37,754 nucleotides of DNA from Candidatus Scatosoma sp. (GTDB lineage: Bacteria > Bacillota > Clostridia > Christensenellales > Borkfalkiaceae). The position numbers and the translations under genes are program-made. The notes beneath the pieces are model-generated. The model searched no databases. It saw only the letters and a program-made list of their open reading frames with translations, and was not told the DNA's origin. The DNA is taken from contig JBGVQH010000192.1 of assembly GCA_045127475.1 (NCBI GenBank), forward strand, positions 1 to 37,754, read 5' to 3'. This document shows, one piece after another, positions 32,997 to 37,754 of the stretch (position 1 is the first letter of the stretch; each line of letters starts with the position of its first letter).

Positions 32997-34721
32997 ATGC
33001 CGCAGGACGCTTTTCATATCCGCCGCTTGGCGGACGAGCTAAACGCCTTTTTGACGGGCGGAAAAATTAACCGCATTTCACAGGTCAACAAGGACGAGCT
33101 TACCTTTGTTATATACACCGGAAAATCCACCGTTAAACTCATTTTAAGCGCAAATGCGTCAAATGCGCGCGTTTGTTTGTCTTTGGCGGAAAAAGAACCT
33201 GCGCCGATTGCGCCGAATTTTTGCATGCTTTTACGCAAACATTTACAAAACGCCGAAATTTTGGCGGTGCGCCAGCATGCGTTTGAGCGGATTATCGAAA
33301 TCGATTTGCATTGTACCACCGATTTTTCGGAAAGTACGCGCACGCTGCATTGTGAGCTGATGGGTAAATATTCGAATATCGTTTTGACGGAAAACGGCGT
33401 GATTTTGGGGGCGTTGAAAACGACGGCGTTAGAGGATAATTCCCACCGCGTGTTGCTGGCAGGGGCGAAATATCTATACCCTGCGCCGCAGGACAAAATT
33501 TCCGTTTTCGATAGGGACGGGTTGCGTTCACGGCTGGAAAGCTGGGTTTTGATGCGGGGTGTGGAGATAGACGGCGAGGATTTGGCGGCGTTCTTATTTG
33601 AGAACGTTGCGGGGCTTGCGCTCGCGACCGCGCGCGAAATCGTAAGGCGCGCGGAAAGGGAAAACGGTGGGTTGGAAAATTGCCTTTGTTCGGCGGCGAA
33701 AGCGCCGATTTGGGATTTTGTAGGCGAGTTCTGTTTGTATGAGCCGTGCGAGGCGTGTTTGCAAATGCGCGGTGGCGCGGCGGTGGATTTTTTCGCCTTT
33801 CCCGTAGAGGGCGGCGTGGCGATGCCCTCGCTTTGCAAGGCTGAGGACGAATTTTTTACCGCTCGGGAAAGCGTAAAAGGGTTTGCGGATAAAAAGCGCA
33901 AGCTGGAAAACGCGGCAAAGGGTTTAAAAAAGAAACTTGCGAAAAAAGTACAAGGTACTTTGGAGCGGTTGCGCGAGGCGGATAAGGCAGACGAATACCG
34001 TATCAGGGGCGAGCTGTTGACGGCGAATTTGTACCGCGTGGAGCGGGGTGCGTCCCGTGTTGAACTTGAAAATTGGTACGCAGAGGACGGGGGCGTGATT
34101 GCGATTACGCTCGACACCACCCTTTCGCCCTCTAAAAATGCGCAACGGTATTTTAAGCTGTACAACAAATATAAACGCGCTCGCGAGGTGCTTGCGCCCA
34201 TGCTAGAAAGCGAACAACAGGAAATTGCATACGTAGACAGTGTACTTTCGGCGATTGCGGCAAGCGAAAGCACGGACGATTTAAAGGAAATCGAAACGGA
34301 ATTGATTGGGCTTGGGCTGTTGCGCGCGCCCGTGCAACGGGCGGGCGGCAAGAAAAAGGAAATGGAAGTTCCTTTCCGCGAATACGAGCACGACGGCGTA
34401 AAAATTTACGTCGGACGGAATAATTTACAAAACGATAGATTGCTCCGTTTGGCAAGCCCCGACGACGTCTGGTTGCATGCGCAAAAATATCATTCCGCGC
34501 ACGTAATTATTGCCGTAGATGGGGGGACGGTACGCGACGAAACACTTTTATACGCTGCGGAAATCTGCGCGTATTATTCGGACGGGCGGGAGAGTGATAA
34601 AATCCCCGTCGATTATTGTAAGAGAAAATTTGTCAAAAAACCAAGCAAAAGCAAAGCAGGGTTTGTGATTTATACCGATTACAAAACGGTGTTGGTAAAA
34701 CCGAATAAGCATAGAGAATAA
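32997..34721 (+). CDS. rqcH: Ribosome quality control protein RqcH (NFACT/FbpA family)
   Basis: 574 aa. NFACT-N pattern (INRISQVNKDELTFVIY, CELMGKYSNIVL), a coiled-coil middle, and NFACT-R (KIYVGRNNLQNDRL, WLHAQKYHSAHVII). Confidence 0.9.
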   Translation: MPQDAFHIRRLADELNAFLTGGKINRISQVNKDELTFVIYTGKSTVKLILSANASNARVCLSLAEKEPAPIAPNFCMLLRKHLQNAEILAVRQHAFERIIEIDLHCTTDFSESTRTLHCELMGKYSNIVLTENGVILGALKTTALEDNSHRVLLAGAKYLYPAPQDKISVFDRDGLRSRLESWVLMRGVEIDGEDLAAFLFENVAGLALATAREIVRRAERENGGLENCLCSAAKAPIWDFVGEFCLYEPCEACLQMRGGAAVDFFAFPVEGGVAMPSLCKAEDEFFTARESVKGFADKKRKLENAAKGLKKKLAKKVQGTLERLREADKADEYRIRGELLTANLYRVERGASRVELENWYAEDGGVIAITLDTTLSPSKNAQRYFKLYNKYKRAREVLAPMLESEQQEIAYVDSVLSAIAASESTDDLKEIETELIGLGLLRAPVQRAGGKKKEMEVPFREYEHDGVKIYVGRNNLQNDRLLRLASPDDVWLHAQKYHSAHVIIAVDGGTVRDETLLYAAEICAYYSDGRESDKIPVDYCKRKFVKKPSKSKAGFVIYTDYKTVLVKPNKHRE

Positions 34722-34736
34722 AAAGGAATAAAAAAT

Positions 34737-34770
34737 GCTCCCGATTTTGCGGGAGCGTTTTCTTTTATTC
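34737..34770. terminator. Bidirectional intrinsic terminator between rqcH and the oxidoreductase gene
   Basis: GCTCCCG-ATTTTG-CGGGAGC, with A5 upstream and GTTTTCTTTT downstream. Confidence 0.8.
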
Positions 34771-34775
34771 CAAAA

Positions 34776-36041
34776 TTATTGATGAACTTCTAACATTTTG
34801 CCGCCTTGCAAGCGGGATTCTTCCGCGCGGATACCCATCAGGTGGCTTTCAACGGACGCCTCCAAGGACGTTGCCGCGGTGCTCTTGCCTGAAAGGATAT
34901 CGTAAAGGGTATTGACGAGCCCTGCGTCCCCGCCGCCATGACCGTATCCGCCTTCAATCAGGTCGGCAATCGGAATAATTTCGCGGTCTTTGCCGTATTG
35001 ATGCAGGGTGATGGTGTTGCCGTCCTCGTCCAAAATCAACTCGCCCAAAGTGCCGTGAAAATGGATGCGTCTGCCGCCGCACGCGGTAAACGCCGTCATG
35101 GTCAGCACCGCTTTTACACCGTTTTCAAAGACCATTTCGGTAATTTGATGGTCGACCACGTCGTTGTCCGAATAATATACGCATCTGCCGTAATCCCCCT
35201 CGCGGAGTGCCTTTAACAGCTTTTCTTCGGTAACGGGTGCGTTGACAACGATATTCTGCGGCCAGTAATTTTCGGGACGGCCCGCCTTTTTCCAGTTGTC
35301 TATATACAGCGTTTTTGCGCTATACGGGCAGCTGTTTTGCAGGGAGCAATCCAAACAGCGCGTTGTCGCACCCTCGGGTGCGTTCTCGCTCTTGAAATAC
35401 GCCAAATCCCCCACGGACGATACCGTTTTGCATTTGGATTTTGCATAGAATTGCAATAAATCGAGGTCATGGCAGCATTTTGCCAAAATCATAGGAGCGG
35501 CAATCTTGCGGTTGCGCCAGTTTCCGCGAACGTAGCTGTGCGCTTGGTGCGCCGCGCCAACCCGTTCGAGGGCGGTCATCAGTACCAGCTTGCCGATTTT
35601 TCCCTGGTCAAGGAGCTCTGCCATTTTCATAAAAGCGGGTGCATAGCGCAACACGTGGCAAACAAGTGCTTTCGTGCCCGCTTTTTTCTGCGCGTCGAGC
35701 AGCTGTAAACATTCTGCCTCGTTATCCGACAGCGGTTTTTCTACCATGATATCGTAGCCGAGCGCAAAGCCCTTGACGGCGTGGCGCACGTGGCAGATGT
35801 CGGGGGTCGCAATTAAGAGTAAATCGGCACGCTTTTCTTTAAAAAATTCCTCTTCGTTCGTAAAGCAATTTTCTTTTGCGACGTTAAAGTCTTTGCTGAA
35901 CATTTCGATACGGTCGGGCTTTAAATCGCAAATTGCTACGATTTTAAAACGGTCGGTCGCCTGGTGAATAAGCTGCCCATACGCGTCCGCGCCTCTGCCA
36001 CCCAAGCCTAAAATGGCAACGGTGTAAATTTTCTTTTCCAT
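34776..36041 (-). CDS. Gfo/Idh/MocA-family NAD(P)-dependent oxidoreductase
   Basis: Start set at the ATG at 36041 (GGGAGAAAACGC upstream), giving MEKKIYTVAILGLGGRGADAYG (Rossmann motif). The ORF-track extension to 36368 overlaps the AraC gene and is rejected. Confidence 0.85.
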   Translation of the reverse strand: MEKKIYTVAILGLGGRGADAYGQLIHQATDRFKIVAICDLKPDRIEMFSKDFNVAKENCFTNEEEFFKEKRADLLLIATPDICHVRHAVKGFALGYDIMVEKPLSDNEAECLQLLDAQKKAGTKALVCHVLRYAPAFMKMAELLDQGKIGKLVLMTALERVGAAHQAHSYVRGNWRNRKIAAPMILAKCCHDLDLLQFYAKSKCKTVSSVGDLAYFKSENAPEGATTRCLDCSLQNSCPYSAKTLYIDNWKKAGRPENYWPQNIVVNAPVTEEKLLKALREGDYGRCVYYSDNDVVDHQITEMVFENGVKAVLTMTAFTACGGRRIHFHGTLGELILDEDGNTITLHQYGKDREIIPIADLIEGGYGHGGGDAGLVNTLYDILSGKSTAATSLEASVESHLMGIRAEESRLQGGKMLEVHQ

Positions 36042-36144
36042 GCGTTTTCTCCCTTGAAAGGATTTATTTTGTGTCTTCATTATATCCTGTAAGGAAAAGT
36101 CCGTCTTGTCAAAATACGGCGTTAATATGTCAAAGATTGACCTT

Positions 36145-36921
36145 TTATTTTTTACGCGGTGAAACACCGAATTCTTTTTTATAGGCGCGGTAAAAGGTGT
36201 TTGGACTGTCAAAGCCGCAGGCGAGGGCGGCGGCAAGGACGGGGAGGTCGGGGTCGTTTTTGAGGAGCGCGTCCGTGCGTCTTGCACGCAAGCGGTTGAC
36301 GTAGGTGTTCCAGTTCTCGGGCAAATATTTATGCAAAATACGCGAAAGATGTTCGTGGGAGTAACCAAATTCCTTGGCGACCGCCGTCAAGGAAAGGTCC
36401 TTATCCACGTGCCGCTGCGCATATTGTAAAACGTTGCAAATTAAAGAATTTTTCCGCTCCGTTTTACGGGAAACGAAGGGTACGGTTTCTGCGATTGCGC
36501 CCAGCAAAAGCTGCACTACGCCCCCAAAGGTTGCGTACCGTGCCTCGTCGTTCTCCCGCTCCTGTCCGCATAGCGTATACAGGTTGTGTAAAAGCTCGAA
36601 CCTGTCAAAGCGGAAAAACGTAGGCGGTTTTTTGCCGTTGAAAAAGGAAAAGGAAGGGGCAAAAAACTCTGCGCTAAAAAGCAGACAAAATGCCGATTTG
36701 CCCTGCAATGGGCTGAGTTGATGGACGGAAAATCCGTCGCAAAAGCAGGCGTCGCCGTTTCGCATAATTTTTCGCTGACCGTCTACGATAATTTCCTGCT
36801 CCCCCTCTTCCACGAAATGAAATTCCACCGCGCCGTGAAAATGGGGCGCGGTTTCAAAATCCCCCCGCGGCGCAAAATAAAACCGTCGTAAATCCTCTGC
36901 TTCGCACTCGTAAAAACTCAT
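36145..36921 (-). CDS. AraC-family transcriptional regulator (cupin sensor + HTH)
   Basis: N-terminal cupin-like HFHGAVEFHFV. C-terminal AraC HTH (LSLTAVAKEFGYSHEHLSRILHKY...GFDSPNTFYRAYKKEFGVSP). Confidence 0.88.
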   Translation of the reverse strand: MSFYECEAEDLRRFYFAPRGDFETAPHFHGAVEFHFVEEGEQEIIVDGQRKIMRNGDACFCDGFSVHQLSPLQGKSAFCLLFSAEFFAPSFSFFNGKKPPTFFRFDRFELLHNLYTLCGQERENDEARYATFGGVVQLLLGAIAETVPFVSRKTERKNSLICNVLQYAQRHVDKDLSLTAVAKEFGYSHEHLSRILHKYLPENWNTYVNRLRARRTDALLKNDPDLPVLAAALACGFDSPNTFYRAYKKEFGVSPRKK

Positions 36922-37305
36922 AAAAAAACCCTCGCGTTTCTCATTTTTTCAAGTATACCATACAAAAAATAAAATGTCAATAATTGATATAAAAATTTTT
37001 TCTTTGTCGAAGGGTTTTTATGTGGGTAAGAGTAGACGAAAGCAAAGCGCGAAAATAGGGAAAAATCGGACGAAATGTAAGCGCGTGTATATTCACTCGC
37101 CTCGTGTGAAAAAACGCCGCTAAGAACAAAAAGAAAGCGAAAAAAAGCAAAAGAAAAATAATCCGTTCAAAAGGCAAAAAACTTTCGTTCAAACGCTGTA
37201 CTTTTTGAAAAAAATATGTTATAATGAAAGGGCAAAACGGTATTTTTCCCTTTTTGCTAAGCAAAAAAGGGAAAGTCAGGAAAAATCAGGAGGCAAAATT
37301 CAACT

Positions 37306-37754
37306 ATGGCGGAAAGAATAGAAGCCGAATACGGCGCCGAGCAAATACAGGTACTCGACGGGTTGGAGCACATTCGTAAGCGTCCGGGCATGTACATTTC
37401 ATCTACCGACGCAAAGGGTCTGCACCACCTTGTACACGAGGTTGTAGACAACTCCATCGACGAGGCGTTGGCGGGGTATTGTACCCATATCGAGGTATGT
37501 ATCAACGCGGACGGCAGCTGCACGGTGCAGGACAACGGGCGCGGTATTCCCGTTGATATTCACCCCAAAGAAGGGATTTCTACGTTGGAAGTCGTATTTA
37601 CGAAGGTCAACGCCGGCGGTAAGTTCGGCGGCGATTCGGGCTACAAAGTTTCCAGCGGCTTGCACGGCGTAGGTGTCAAGGCGGTAAACGCCCTTTCCGA
37701 ATGGTTGGAAGCGGAAGTTTATCAAAACGGCAACGTGTACAAGCAGGTCTACAA
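37306..37754 (+). CDS. gyrB: DNA gyrase subunit B (5' partial; runs off the window end)
   Basis: Hand translation from the ATG at 37306 (AGGAGG 9 nt upstream) gives [31 protein letters not shown]...[16 protein letters not shown]...DNGRGIPV...GGKFG. These are canonical GHKL ATPase motifs of GyrB. It is not in the ORF track because no stop lies inside the window. Confidence 0.93.
   Translation, partial: MAERIEAEYGAEQIQVLDGLEHIRKRPGMYISSTDAKGLHHLVHEVVDNSIDEALAGYCTHIEVCINADGSCTVQDNGRGIPVDIHPKEGISTLEVVFTKVNAGGKFGGDSGYKVSSGLHGVGVKAVNALSEWLEAEVYQNGNVYKQVY

Noticed and set aside
36042-36368. Upstream extension of the oxidoreductase ORF (34776..36368)
   Set aside because: The extension overlaps the 3' end of the AraC gene in another frame and is Pro/Thr/Ser-rich. 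The Rossmann-fold N-terminus with an RBS begins at 36041.
36401-36409. Isolated DnaA-like box TTATCCACG inside the AraC gene
   Set aside because: It is a single one-mismatch box within coding sequence, consistent with chance. There is no neighbouring box or AT-rich tract.
36977-37264. 95-aa minus-strand ORF in the araC-gyrB spacer
   Set aside because: The Phe/Leu-rich translation comes from an A-rich plus-strand spacer, with no RBS. The region more plausibly holds the araC and gyrB promoters and a leader hairpin (TTCCCTTTTTGCT-AAGCAAAAAAGGGAA, about 37245-37275).

Overview
This 37.7-kb window looks like an origin-proximal chromosomal segment of a spore-forming Firmicute, probably Clostridia-like. 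That placement rests on a gerA-type operon, yyaC, ricT/yaaT and AGGAGG-type ribosome-binding sites. Most of it is housekeeping. From left to right it carries rpsI-rplM, fba, gap, a YugP-type Zn peptidase, rsmI, a YabB-like methyltransferase and a three-gene Ger receptor operon. Next come cvpA, yyaC, a preQ1-I riboswitch with queT, and the minus-strand string jag/khpB-yidC-yidD-rnpA-rpmH-dnaN. After that are rsmG, ricT, holB, rplU-rpmA, an EamA transporter, a GIY-YIG element, clpX-clpP-tig, rqcH, a Gfo/Idh/MocA oxidoreductase with an AraC regulator, and the 5' end of gyrB.

The most interesting content is the replication-origin architecture. No dnaA is present in the window. dnaN is co-directional with rpmH and sits directly upstream of it. 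A core origin lies at 23.1-23.4 kb, in the order DnaA boxes, CCCGCC cluster, six TAG-type DnaA-trios and an AT-rich tract. It is separated from dnaN by a low-GC SLOG/DUF1273 gene that occupies the slot where dnaA normally sits. A second, denser DnaA-box cluster (12 boxes, 5 perfect) fills a convergent intergenic region 8 kb away at 14.56-15.02 kb, and a 15/16 parS-like site lies at 11.9 kb.

Secondary observations:
- a hyper-acidic double zinc-ribbon protein
- a doubly anchored large lipoprotein
- an RGG-rich tail on Jag/KhpB
- a long loop insertion in YidC
- L27 with an N-terminal propeptide but no prp gene between rplU and rpmA
- two families of short dispersed intergenic motifs (TGAATTG arrays and ATACGTATAGGGGG-Tn)
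- a GIY-YIG gene flanked by inverted and tandem CATTGCGAGC-type repeats

All calls come from reading the sequence and recognising motifs in the translations. No database search, GC-skew calculation or RNA folding was run.
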